From: Chloroflexota bacterium
GTDB taxonomy: Bacteria; Chloroflexota; Limnocylindria; Limnocylindrales; CSP1-4
DNA: 54,047 nucleotides
Direction of reading: 5' to 3'
Assembly: GCA_034666965.1 (NCBI GenBank)
Contig: JAXDKT010000075.1
Span: 1-54,047, forward strand
The notes below the pieces were generated by a model that saw nothing but the letters and a program-made list of their open reading frames with translations, ran no database searches and was not told the DNA's origin. Below are positions 42,090-50,267 of this stretch, piece after piece (within the stretch, counting starts at the first letter, position 1; each line of letters starts with the position of its first letter). The translations under genes were made by a program, and so were the position numbers.

Positions 42090-44003
42090 CTACGGCGTGA
42101 TGCGGCCGATGAAGGTCGCCCAGTTGGCCAGCGTGGTGCGCGTGCCACCGCAGGTCGAGTCGAGGACGAACTCGTCCAGCGTGCAGGCCTGGGCGATGTA
42201 CTCGGCCTCGAACCAGATCCTGCCCGTCTCGTCCACCGCCGTACCGGTGTAGTCGCCCCAACGCGGATCCGCGGGCGGGTCCTTGGGGTCGAGCATGTAG
42301 CCGCTGAAGCCGTCTTGCGGACCGACTCCGGCCGCCGCGATGTGAACGGCGCTCGTCGCACCACGGTCGATCCGGACGTAGGCCGCGCTGGGGTGACGGT
42401 CCGCGCCAGTCAAGGTGAAGGCCAGCGCGCCCTTGCCGTCCCCGTTGACGGCGATGCCTGGAAAGACGATGTCCTCGTCCTTCACGGAGACGTAGCCCTG
42501 CTTCACGATGGACGCCCGCAGCCGCCCATCGCGGATCGATGGTCGGACCGCGAACCAGGCGGCACCGACGTGAACCGGACCGTTCTTGCTGAACGTGACC
42601 GCGCTCGACAGGGTGCCCCACAGCAGTCCGTCGGCGAAGGTGGCCGACGCCATCCGATCGTCGTTCGAGGCGATCGGCGAGAGATCGTTCTCGACGGGAT
42701 CGCCGAGCAGACCCGCGGCCAGAGCGTCGCGCAGTGGCGTGGGACCCGGGGCCTGGGCTCCTGGCGGCGGCGCACCGTAGGTCTGGGACTTGATGACCTT
42801 CGATTGGAGCGACGGCGCGGGATGGTTGCTCCCCAGGGACTTCGTCCCGGTCAGCGCCCAGACCGCGATCCGGTTGTCGAATGCGCCGTTGAAGTCGAGC
42901 GCGCTCAGGAAGTAGGCGGTCCCGCCGTTGCCGCGCTCATGGCCGGAATTGACCGGGGCCGACGCCGGCTGGAGGCTGTACGAGTAGCCCTCCGCCAGCG
43001 GGATCTGGTCGAACCAGGTCGCCTGCGGCACGCGGCCGCCATTGGCGGCTCCGGCTAGCCCGGTCTTGCTGATCGCGTACAGCTGGGCGTTGTTGAACTC
43101 ATCGCCGAAGAACGAGAACTCGTTGGTCGAGATGTAGAAGCCGTAGGCGTCGACGCCGATCAGCGGCTGATCGCCCAGGCAGGGGCAGCCTGGATGACCC
43201 TCCAGGGTCCCGTCGCCGTTGGTGGTGTCGATCGAGAAGACCGTGTACCCGCCGGCCGGGTTGCTGGACTTGCTCACCGCCCAGTCGACCGAGGTATGAC
43301 CCGTGAAGTCACCGGTCACTGGATCCTGCTCGAGATTGAACGACGACAGGAACCAGCGTCGCGTTCCCGGGTCGAACAGGCACTTGATGTCGCCCATGAA
43401 TGGCCCGAACACGCCGGTTGTCCGATCGATCGCGGGGGCGTAGCCGAAGAACGCGTTGAGGCTGACCGGCCCGGCGATCATCTTGCCGCTGCGGTCATAG
43501 AGCGCGATCGCGTCGTTGACCATCTCGAGCACACGGCCGGAGCCAGCGCAGATCGCACCGTCCGGGGGTTCGACGGAGAACTGGTTGCCGTTGTCCGCGG
43601 TTCGCGAGTCGAAGTGATCGAGGCCGCTGAAGCCGCGCACGCCGGGATTCTTGCGAGTCAGGCCGTTGGCCCGAACCCGGGGCGGATCGGTCGGCAGCGG
43701 GCCCGGCTCGGCCGCGCCCGGTCGCTCGTGCTCGGGCTCCTCGACGAGCTCTTTGGTCAGCGACGATGGTCCGATCGATCTCAGGGCATGGGCACTGGCC
43801 GCGGACCGGCCCGCGAAGCCATTGGCCGGACCGACGCGGATGACGGATGCCGTGGACCGATGGCCGACCGAGCGATCGCGAGCGGAGACGGTCGTTGCCA
43901 GGGGCACCGCCAGCAGGCCGCCAACGATGGATGCCATGGCCGCTGCGACGATCGCCCGTCGGGCGACGCCGAACCTGGGGCCGCGCCTGGATCCCGTGCT
44001 CAT
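42090..44003 (-). CDS. Large secreted hypothetical protein
   Basis: I prefer the ATG at 44003 (MSTGSRRGPRFGVARRAIVAAAMASIVGGLLAVPLA...), which has GGAGGAG 6 nt upstream. It has a signal peptide followed by ~580 aa that are Gly/Asp/aromatic-rich and look beta-rich. I recognise no family. Confidence 0.8.
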   Translation of the reverse strand: MSTGSRRGPRFGVARRAIVAAAMASIVGGLLAVPLATTVSARDRSVGHRSTASVIRVGPANGFAGRSAASAHALRSIGPSSLTKELVEEPEHERPGAAEPGPLPTDPPRVRANGLTRKNPGVRGFSGLDHFDSRTADNGNQFSVEPPDGAICAGSGRVLEMVNDAIALYDRSGKMIAGPVSLNAFFGYAPAIDRTTGVFGPFMGDIKCLFDPGTRRWFLSSFNLEQDPVTGDFTGHTSVDWAVSKSSNPAGGYTVFSIDTTNGDGTLEGHPGCPCLGDQPLIGVDAYGFYISTNEFSFFGDEFNNAQLYAISKTGLAGAANGGRVPQATWFDQIPLAEGYSYSLQPASAPVNSGHERGNGGTAYFLSALDFNGAFDNRIAVWALTGTKSLGSNHPAPSLQSKVIKSQTYGAPPPGAQAPGPTPLRDALAAGLLGDPVENDLSPIASNDDRMASATFADGLLWGTLSSAVTFSKNGPVHVGAAWFAVRPSIRDGRLRASIVKQGYVSVKDEDIVFPGIAVNGDGKGALAFTLTGADRHPSAAYVRIDRGATSAVHIAAAGVGPQDGFSGYMLDPKDPPADPRWGDYTGTAVDETGRIWFEAEYIAQACTLDEFVLDSTCGGTRTTLANWATFIGRITP

Positions 44004-44114
44004 GCCAGCCTCCTCCGCTCCCACCCGTGTGCTGCGGCCACGGTTGCGCAAGTATCACAGACCCGCCGGCCGCGCTACCGCGCTGGTGACCGAACGCACC
44101 ACAATCTGCGCGCG

Positions 44115-45218
44115 CTAGCTGGGGCCGATCCGGCCGCCGCCCAGGACGACCTCGCCGTCGTAGAGGACCGCCGCCTGGCCGGGCGCGACCGCCCAGACCG
44201 GGGCGTCGGTCTCGATCGTCCAGTGGCCGCCCCGGTCGGCCTCGTCCGGGCCGGCCGGGCGGACCGTGGCCGGGACCGGCGTCGCTCGATGGCGGATCCG
44301 GACCTCCGCACGGAATGAGGGCGCGCTGCCGACCGGTGGCTGACCCGCCACGAACGACACCTCGCGGAGCGGGATCGTCCGCGTCTCGAGATCCGTGCGG
44401 CGACCCAGCACGATCGTGTTCGAGGCGCTGTCGATCCGGCTCACGTAGCGTGGCTCGCCGAGAGCCACGTTGAGGCCACGTCGCTGGCCGATGGTGTAAC
44501 CGGCCGAGCCGCCATGGACGCCGACCTTGGCACCGTCGGCATCCAGCACCGGACCGGCGGCCGGCTGCCAGCCGGCCCGCTCGCGAAGGGCGTCGCGGTA
44601 GTCGCCACCGGGCACGAAGCAGATCTCCTGGCTCTCGGGCTTGTCGGCCGTGGCCAATCCGAGCGATCGCGCGACCGCCCTCACCTCCGGCTTGGTCACG
44701 TCGCCCAGCGGAAACCGGGCATGGGCGAGCTGATCCTGGCGCAGGCCGTACAGGAAGTAGGTCTGGTCCTTGTCGCGGTCGTGGGCCCGCAGGAGGCGAG
44801 CCTGGCCAGCGGCATCCTCGTCGCGGCGAGCGTAGTGCCCGGTGGCCACGGCCTCGCACTCATACAGGTGCCGGGCGCGACCCAGGAGCGCCCCGAACTT
44901 GACGTAGGTGTTGCAGTCGACGCACGGGGACGGAGTCTCGCCACCCATGTAGGCGGCCAGGAACGGACGCAGCACGCCCGCATCGAACTCGCGTTCGAGG
45001 TTCATCACGTAGAACGGGATCCCGAGCTGGCCGGCCACGCGCCGGGCGTCCTCGGCCGCGTCGAGGGTGCAGCAACTGCGCTTGAACTCGGAGTATGTGT
45101 CGGCGACGTCGTGGAGGCGCATCCACACGCCGACGACCTCGTGACCCTGCTCGTGGAGCAGTGCCGCCGCTACGGAGGAGTCCACGCCCCCGGACATCGC
45201 CACCAGGATCCGAGCCAC
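44115..45218 (-). CDS. mnmA: tRNA 2-thiouridine(34) synthase
   Basis: The PP-loop reads [13 protein letters not shown], and CCTLD is present. The start is GTG. Confidence 0.9.
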   Translation of the reverse strand: MARILVAMSGGVDSSVAAALLHEQGHEVVGVWMRLHDVADTYSEFKRSCCTLDAAEDARRVAGQLGIPFYVMNLEREFDAGVLRPFLAAYMGGETPSPCVDCNTYVKFGALLGRARHLYECEAVATGHYARRDEDAAGQARLLRAHDRDKDQTYFLYGLRQDQLAHARFPLGDVTKPEVRAVARSLGLATADKPESQEICFVPGGDYRDALRERAGWQPAAGPVLDADGAKVGVHGGSAGYTIGQRRGLNVALGEPRYVSRIDSASNTIVLGRRTDLETRTIPLREVSFVAGQPPVGSAPSFRAEVRIRHRATPVPATVRPAGPDEADRGGHWTIETDAPVWAVAPGQAAVLYDGEVVLGGGRIGPS

Positions 45219-45222
45219 GGGC

Positions 45223-46404
45223 TCAGACTCCGGCCTGGGCGAGCGGGTCGGCGGCCAGGGTCACGGCGCCGCTGCGATGGGCGCGCAGGATGGGAGGAAT
45301 GATCGAGATCGCGGTCTGGATCTCCTCGCTGGTCGTCGTTCGGCCGAGTGAGATCCGGAGTGCGCCGCGGGCCTCCTCCTCGGGGTAGCCCATCGCCGAC
45401 AGGACGTGGCTGACCTCGGCCGACCCCGTGGCGCATGCCGAGCCCACCGAGGTGGCGATCCCCTCGAGGTCGAGAGCCAGCGCGACCGACGACCCGTCGG
45501 TGTCCTGGACGACCAATGACAACAGGCCGGGCAGGCGGTCGCGAGGGTGCCCGGTCAGTTCCGTACCATCGACGGCCAGGATCGCGTCGCGCAGGCGGTC
45601 GGCCAGCGTCCCGACGCGGGTGACGGTGGCCTCGCGTTCGGCGCACGCCAGCTCATGCGCCGCGGCCATCCCCATCACCAGCGCCGGGCTCTCCGTGCCG
45701 GCCCGCCGGTGACGCTCCTGCGAGCCGCCTTGCTGCTGGGCGAGCAGGTGGGTGCCATGGCGGACGTACAGGGCGCCGACGCCCTTTGGCCCTTCGAACT
45801 TGTGGGCGGCCAGGCTGACCAGATCGGCGCCGAGCTCCTCCAGGTCGAGCGCCACCCATGGCGCCGCCTGGACCGCGTCGACATGGAAGACCACGCCGCG
45901 CCTGGCTCGCGTCCGAGCGGCGATCTCGGCGATGGGCTGGATCGTGCCGACCTCGTTGTTGGCCAGCATGACGCTGACGAGGATCGTCCGGTCGGTGATC
46001 GCGGCGTCAACCTCGTCCGGATCGACGCGCCCGTAGCGGTCGACCGGCAGCTCGACGACCTCGAACCCGAACTTCTCGAGGTAGCGCAGGGTGTGCCCGA
46101 CCGCGTGGTGCTCGATCGAGCTGGTCACGATCCGATGGCCGCGAGCCTTGCCCGCCCACGCGGCGCCCTTGAGGGCCAGGTTGTTGGCTTCGGTCCCGCC
46201 CGAGGTGAACACGACTTCGCGGGGCTGGGCGTTGAGCCCCGTTGCCAGGCGCTCGCGGGCGTCGTCGAGAGCCGCCCTTGCCTGGCGGCCGTAGGTGTGG
46301 GCCGACGACGGGTTGCCGAAGACGTCGCTGAGGTACGGCAGCATCGCGCTGACAACCTCGGGGCGGACCGGGGTCGTCGCCGCGTGATCGAGGTAGATGG
46401 CCAT
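45223..46404 (-). CDS. iscS: Cysteine desulfurase (class V aminotransferase, IscS/NifS-like)
   Basis: Motifs are [35 protein letters not shown] (PLP-lysine region) and the active-site GSACATG. It sits directly upstream of mnmA. Confidence 0.9.
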   Translation of the reverse strand: MAIYLDHAATTPVRPEVVSAMLPYLSDVFGNPSSAHTYGRQARAALDDARERLATGLNAQPREVVFTSGGTEANNLALKGAAWAGKARGHRIVTSSIEHHAVGHTLRYLEKFGFEVVELPVDRYGRVDPDEVDAAITDRTILVSVMLANNEVGTIQPIAEIAARTRARRGVVFHVDAVQAAPWVALDLEELGADLVSLAAHKFEGPKGVGALYVRHGTHLLAQQQGGSQERHRRAGTESPALVMGMAAAHELACAEREATVTRVGTLADRLRDAILAVDGTELTGHPRDRLPGLLSLVVQDTDGSSVALALDLEGIATSVGSACATGSAEVSHVLSAMGYPEEEARGALRISLGRTTTSEEIQTAISIIPPILRAHRSGAVTLAADPLAQAGV

Positions 46405-46412
46405 CGCGCCGT

Positions 46413-46418
46413 ATCGTA
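46413..46418 (-). promoter_or_regulatory. Candidate -10 hexamer TACGAT, 8 nt upstream of the iscS ATG
   Basis: The reverse strand reads CTACGATACggcgcgATG. The same 9-mer CTACGATAC precedes aspS (53752-53760). Confidence 0.3.
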
Positions 46419-46449
46419 GCCCGCCCTCGCCGCGGACGGGCTCGTCTTA

Positions 46450-46690
46450 GCTGGCGCAGCCGCTCCTTGGTACGAGAGGCGGACCAACCGGCGGAGGAAG
46501 TCGGTCGGGACCGGCCTGGGGCGCACCTCGCGGTCGGTCGCGCTGGCGCAGCCGCTGCTTGGTACGGCAGGCGGACCAACCGGCGGAGGAAGTCGGTTGG
46601 GACCGGCAGGTGGTGGAAGTCGCGGTCGGTCGGCCGCCGCATGGTACGGCAGGCGGACCAACCGGGCGGGCGAGGAAAGTCCGGAGCAAC
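46450..46690. repeat. Tandem direct repeat, about 92-nt unit, about 2.6 copies
   Basis: The units start at 46450 and 46542. Their first 66 nt differ at 4 positions by my manual alignment. A third, truncated copy starts near 46640 (tggtacggcaggcggaccaaccgg is identical). Each copy carries a GGAGGAAGTCGG / GAGGAAAGTCCGG element. Confidence 0.85.
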
Positions 46691-46725
46691 CATCGGTGCA
46701 GAGCGATTTGCAATCCTGTGCCGCG

Positions 46726-47388
46726 ATGGGAACCCGCGAACGACCTGCGGATCGGGGGCGCAGACGAACTCGTGATGCGCTCCATCGTCTGGCGGCGGAC
46801 TACCGACAGGCTCGGGTGGGCGCGGGGCTCAGCCTGCGCGATGCCGCGGCCGCAGCCGGTGCATCCCATGTCCAGCTGCTGCGGTTCGAGCGCGGCGAGC
46901 TCCAGCGAATGCGTGTCGCTGACGTCGGTGCGTGGTGCGCCGTCGTGGGCCTCGATCTCAGCGTCCGCGCCTACCCGGCCGGCGACCCCATCCGCGATCG
47001 TGCACAGCTGGCGTTGCTCGAGCGCTTCCGGAGCCGCCTCCACCCGAACCTGCGCTGGCGAGCCGAGGTGCCGCTACCCCTCGAGGGAGACCTGCGCGCC
47101 TGGGACGGTGAGGTGGCCGGACGGACCGCACCACCCTGGCGACTCCGGGTCGAGGCGGAAACCAACCTGGCCGACGGTCAGGCCTTGACCCGACGACTAC
47201 AACTGAAGGTCCGGGACGACCCCGAGGGCCTTGTCGTCCTGCTCGTGTCCGATACCCGAGCGAACCGCCGCGCCATCGCGACCATGCGATCCGGCCTGGA
47301 TCAGTGGCTGCCGCTCAGGACACGAGAGGTGCTTGCGGCGCTACGCTCCGGGCGGAACCCGGGTGGAGGCGGTGTCGTGGTCCTCTGA
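46726..47388 (+). CDS. XRE-type HTH protein with a C-terminal PD-(D/E)xK-like domain (putative)
   Basis: The HTH reads YRQARVGAGLSLRDAAAAAGASHVQLLRFERGE. The C-terminal domain reads AWDGEV...LRVEAETNL...QLK...VVLLVSDTRANR. Alternative in-frame starts are the GTG at 46696 and the TTG at 46597; the latter has a perfect GGAGGAAG SD but lies inside the repeat. Confidence 0.75.
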   Translation: MGTRERPADRGRRRTRDALHRLAADYRQARVGAGLSLRDAAAAAGASHVQLLRFERGELQRMRVADVGAWCAVVGLDLSVRAYPAGDPIRDRAQLALLERFRSRLHPNLRWRAEVPLPLEGDLRAWDGEVAGRTAPPWRLRVEAETNLADGQALTRRLQLKVRDDPEGLVVLLVSDTRANRRAIATMRSGLDQWLPLRTREVLAALRSGRNPGGGGVVVL

Positions 47389-47533
47389 TCGCGTCGCGCA
47401 ACGAGACGTCCTGCCGCCCGGTTGCCGCCCGGCGCCGCGCCCCGGACTAGTGCAGCCCACGAGCGGACCGAGGCGGCCGCCCCGGTAGACCCGCCGCATG
47501 CCGCAGGCCGACTCTCGGCTTCCCGCGACCGCC

Positions 47534-47613
47534 GTTGGACCCGCGGCCGTCCCGTTGGACGCGCGGCCGTCCCGTTGGACCCGCGGCCGTCCCGATGGAC
47601 CCGCGGCCGTCCC
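47534..47613. repeat. Tandem repeat, 20-nt unit GTTGGACCCGCGGCCGTCCC x4
   Basis: GTTGGAC/GATGGAC recurs at 47534, 47554, 47574 and 47594. Each unit has GGAC...GTCC arms around a CCGCGG core. A degenerate partial copy lies just upstream. The array sits in a convergent intergenic region. Confidence 0.85.
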
Positions 47614-47620
47614 GGGAGCG

Positions 47621-47869
47621 TCAGGCCTTCTTGCCCTCGCGACGGTCCTCACGCATGCTCGGCCACTTCTTCGACAGTGGCGGGAGCTCTTCCTCCGGCA
47701 CCTTCCGGGTCCGCGACCGAGCGTCGGCGTTACGAGCCTCACCCAGGGCGTTGAGGCCCATCAGCAGGCCGAGCGAATGGCCCTCGGTGTCGTCGGCGTC
47801 GGCGGGCGGGACGTCCGAAATGTCCTGGGCATCGGCTCCGGCGACGGCCTTGGTGTCGTTCCTGGTCAT
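47621..47869 (-). CDS. 82-aa hypothetical protein (acidic N-terminal half, basic C-terminal half)
   Basis: The 198-aa track ORF is trimmed to the ATG at 47869 (MTRNDTKAV...), which has GAGGAG 6-7 nt upstream. I recognise no family. Confidence 0.55.
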   Translation of the reverse strand: MTRNDTKAVAGADAQDISDVPPADADDTEGHSLGLLMGLNALGEARNADARSRTRKVPEEELPPLSKKWPSMREDRREGKKA

Positions 47870-47971
47870 CGGGGTCTCCTCGGGTCGGGGGGTCGTGGTC
47901 CCAGGGTGAGCCATCGCCGGCCCGGGAGCAACAGTGTGCGCCGACCGTGGGACTGTCCGACATGCGACAGC

Positions 47972-48098
47972 AGCCGTGGGCTCAGGCGGGGGTTTCGGCC
48001 TCGACCGGAGCCGTGGGCTCAGGCGGGAGTCCGTGTCGATCCGAGCCGTGGGCTCAGGCGGGGCTTCGAGGTGCGACGCCAGCCGTGGCTCAGGCGGG
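47972..48098. repeat. Four copies of the 19-nt core AGCCGTGGGCTCAGGCGGG at 35-37-nt spacing, with variable 16-18-nt spacers
   Basis: The cores lie at 47972-90, 48009-27, 48044-62 and 48081-98. The last lacks one G, and its TCA is the typA stop codon. Confidence 0.85.
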
Positions 48099-50036
48099 AG
48101 CTTCGGCGTCCGCCCGAGGCGCGGCGTCCGCCCGACCCGGCGCTCGACGGCGTTCGTGCTCGGACAGGAACCGCTTGCGCAGCCGGATCGAGGTCGGAGT
48201 GACCTCGACCAGCTCATCGTCGGCGATGAATTCGATCGCCGACTCCAGGGTGATCTGACGGGGCGGCGTCAGCCGCAGCGACTCGTCGTGGGCATGGGTC
48301 CGGATGTTCGTCAGCTGCTTGGTCTTGGTGGCGTTGACGTTCATGTCGCCCGAGCGGGAGTTCTCGCCGACGATCATGCCCTCGTAGACGTCCTCACCGG
48401 CGCCGATGAACAGCTCGCCTCGCTCCTCGAGATTGAACAGCCCGTAGGCGTTCGAGATCCCGGTCCGGTCGGCGACCATCACCCCATTGGTGCGGTGGGT
48501 GACCTCCCCGGCCCAGGGGCCGTAGCCCTCGCCCAGCTGGTGCAGGAGGGCCGTCCCGCGAGTGTCGGTCAGGAGCTGGCCGCGATAGCCGATCAGGCCG
48601 CGGACCGGGATGATGAACTCCATCCGGACCCGGCCGTCGGCGTCGGAGCTCATCTGCTCCAGCCGCCCCTTGCGGCCAGCCAGCGCCGTCTGGACCTCAC
48701 CGATGTAGTCGGGCGGGATGTCGATGGTGATCCGCTCGTAGGGCTCCTCGACCTGACCGCCGGCCCGACCCCCGGCCGTGCGAAGGATGACCTCGGGGCG
48801 GCTGACGGTCAGCTCGAAGCCTTCGCGCCGCATCTGCTCGATGAGGATCGCCAGCTGGAGCTCGCCCCGACCGCGAACCTCGTAGGTATCGCCCGACTCC
48901 GTCGGGTAGACCTCGATCGAGACGTTGCCCAGGATCTCGCGCTCGAGGCGAGCCTTGATCTGGCGGCTGGTGACGTACTTGCCATCCCGACCCGACAGCG
49001 GCGAGGTGTTGACTCCGAAGGTCATCCGGAGCGTTGGCGCGTCGACGTCCAGACGGGGCATCGGCCGCGGGTCGCCGGGGTCGGTGAGCGTGTCGCCGAT
49101 GGTCACCTCGGGCAGGCCGGCGACCGAGACGATGTCACCCGGGCCCGCCTCGGCGATGTCGACCCGATCGATCCCGTGGGCCGTCTGGAGGCTCGTGACC
49201 GTGCCCGACAGGGCGATCATCCGACCCGGCTCGACGGTACCCGCGATATCGTCGGCTTCCTCGCGCACGACCGTTACCCGCTGACCCATCCGGATCCGGC
49301 CGTTCCAGATCCGCCCGACCGCCATTCGCCCGACGTACTCGTTGGCCGACAGGTTGGTCACCAGCAGCTGGAGGGGGTGACCCTCCTCGTACGTTGGCGG
49401 CGGGGTGACCTCGACCAGCAGATCGAGGAGCGGCCCGAGATCGGTTCCGGGTTGGGCAAGGTCGGTCGTGGCCGTGCCGGCCTTGGCATTGGTGTACACG
49501 ACGGGAAACTCGATCTGGTGGGCGTCGGCGCCGAGATCCATGAACAGCTCGTAGACCGCGTCGAGAACCTCGGCGGGGCGCGCGTCGCCGCGGTCGATCT
49601 TGTTGAGCGCGACGATCACCGGCAGGCGGCGGGCCATCGCCTTCTTGAGCACGTAGCGGGTCTGGGGCAAGGGCCCCTCCGCGGCGTCGACGAGGAGGAG
49701 CACGGCGTCGACCATCAGCAGCGATCGCTCGACCTCGCCTCCGAAGTCGGCGTGGCCGGGCGTGTCAACGATGTTGAGGCGGACCCCGGCGTGGTCGACG
49801 GTGGTCTGCTTGGCCAGGATCGTGATGCCCTTCTCACGTTCGAGGTCGCCCGAATCGAGGACGCGGTCGACGAGCGCCTGATTGGCCCGGAACGTCCCGG
49901 TCTGGCGCAGCATCGCGTCGACCAAGGTGGTCTTGCCGTGGTCGACATGGGCCACGATGGCCACGTTGCGGACATCCGTGCGAACCTCCCTGGACGGGGC
50001 GGTTGAGGACGTGCCGGTATCGGTCTGCGCGGTCAT
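48090..50036 (-). CDS. typA: Translational GTPase TypA/BipA
   Basis: The 747-aa track ORF is trimmed to the ATG at 50036 (MTAQTDTG...). Motifs are [20 protein letters not shown] and [12 protein letters not shown]. The C-terminal tail [14 protein letters not shown] is low complexity. Confidence 0.9.
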   Translation of the reverse strand: MTAQTDTGTSSTAPSREVRTDVRNVAIVAHVDHGKTTLVDAMLRQTGTFRANQALVDRVLDSGDLEREKGITILAKQTTVDHAGVRLNIVDTPGHADFGGEVERSLLMVDAVLLLVDAAEGPLPQTRYVLKKAMARRLPVIVALNKIDRGDARPAEVLDAVYELFMDLGADAHQIEFPVVYTNAKAGTATTDLAQPGTDLGPLLDLLVEVTPPPTYEEGHPLQLLVTNLSANEYVGRMAVGRIWNGRIRMGQRVTVVREEADDIAGTVEPGRMIALSGTVTSLQTAHGIDRVDIAEAGPGDIVSVAGLPEVTIGDTLTDPGDPRPMPRLDVDAPTLRMTFGVNTSPLSGRDGKYVTSRQIKARLEREILGNVSIEVYPTESGDTYEVRGRGELQLAILIEQMRREGFELTVSRPEVILRTAGGRAGGQVEEPYERITIDIPPDYIGEVQTALAGRKGRLEQMSSDADGRVRMEFIIPVRGLIGYRGQLLTDTRGTALLHQLGEGYGPWAGEVTHRTNGVMVADRTGISNAYGLFNLEERGELFIGAGEDVYEGMIVGENSRSGDMNVNATKTKQLTNIRTHAHDESLRLTPPRQITLESAIEFIADDELVEVTPTSIRLRKRFLSEHERRRAPGRADAAPRADAEAPA

Positions 50037-50109
50037 GGAAGACCCATCGTCGCACATCGCTTGGGCGAGGCCCCCTCCCCGGCGGTCCCACGAGGCGGCA
50101 GGACGTCCG

Positions 50110-50247
50110 CCGGAGGCACCGCCGCGCGGGCCGGAGCCACCGCCGCGCGGGCCGGAGCCACCGCCGCGGGCCGGAGCCACCGCCACGCGCCGGAGCCGCC
50201 GCCACGGGCCGGAGCCACCGCCGCGCGCGCCGGAGCCAGCGCCGCAA
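50110..50247. repeat. Tandem repeat, 19-21-nt unit CCGGAGCCACCGCCGCGCGGG x7 (iteron-like)
   Basis: CCGGAG recurs at 50110, 50131, 50152, 50171, 50190, 50209 and 50230. The array fills most of the typA / 50268 divergent intergenic region. Confidence 0.85.
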
Positions 50248-50255
50248 GGCACTGC

Positions 50256-50261
50256 TAGGAT
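50256..50261 (+). promoter_or_regulatory. Candidate -10 hexamer TAGGAT, 6 nt upstream of GTG 50268
   Basis: The sequence reads ctgcTAGGATgcccgcGTG with no SD. Confidence 0.35.
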
Positions 50262-50267
50262 GCCCGC

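Noticed and set aside
46671-46684. GAGGAAAGTCCGG, identical to the universally conserved P4 segment of bacterial RNase P RNA
   Set aside because: It is simply the third, slightly expanded copy of the repeat element GGAGGAAGTCGG. There is no room for a ~350-nt RNase P RNA, because the HTH coding sequence starts within about 50 nt. The flanks show none of the other conserved RNase P blocks I can recall.
46450-46690. Possible T-box, tandem riboswitch or mini-ykkC element (TGGTAC, ACGR-like motifs, tandem architecture)
   Set aside because: Only short chance-level matches exist (TGGTAC against the T-box GGTGGTACCGCG). The ACGA/ACGG is not in a tetraloop. The orientation and position do not fit a leader for iscS, whose -10 box is adjacent to its ATG. 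I keep it as an unexplained repeat rather than a named RNA family.
47972-48098. CRISPR-like layout (conserved core plus variable spacers)
   Set aside because: A 19-nt core and 16-18-nt spacers are far below CRISPR dimensions. There are only 4 copies, no cas genes and no leader, and one copy overlaps the typA coding end.
47498-48202. Plus-strand ORFs 47498..48202 and 47535..47909 translating the 20-nt repeats as peptide repeats (GPAAVPL, DPRPSRW)
   Set aside because: A 20-nt period is not a multiple of 3, so the apparent peptide repeats change frame from copy to copy. These ORFs also run antisense to the better-supported 82-aa gene.
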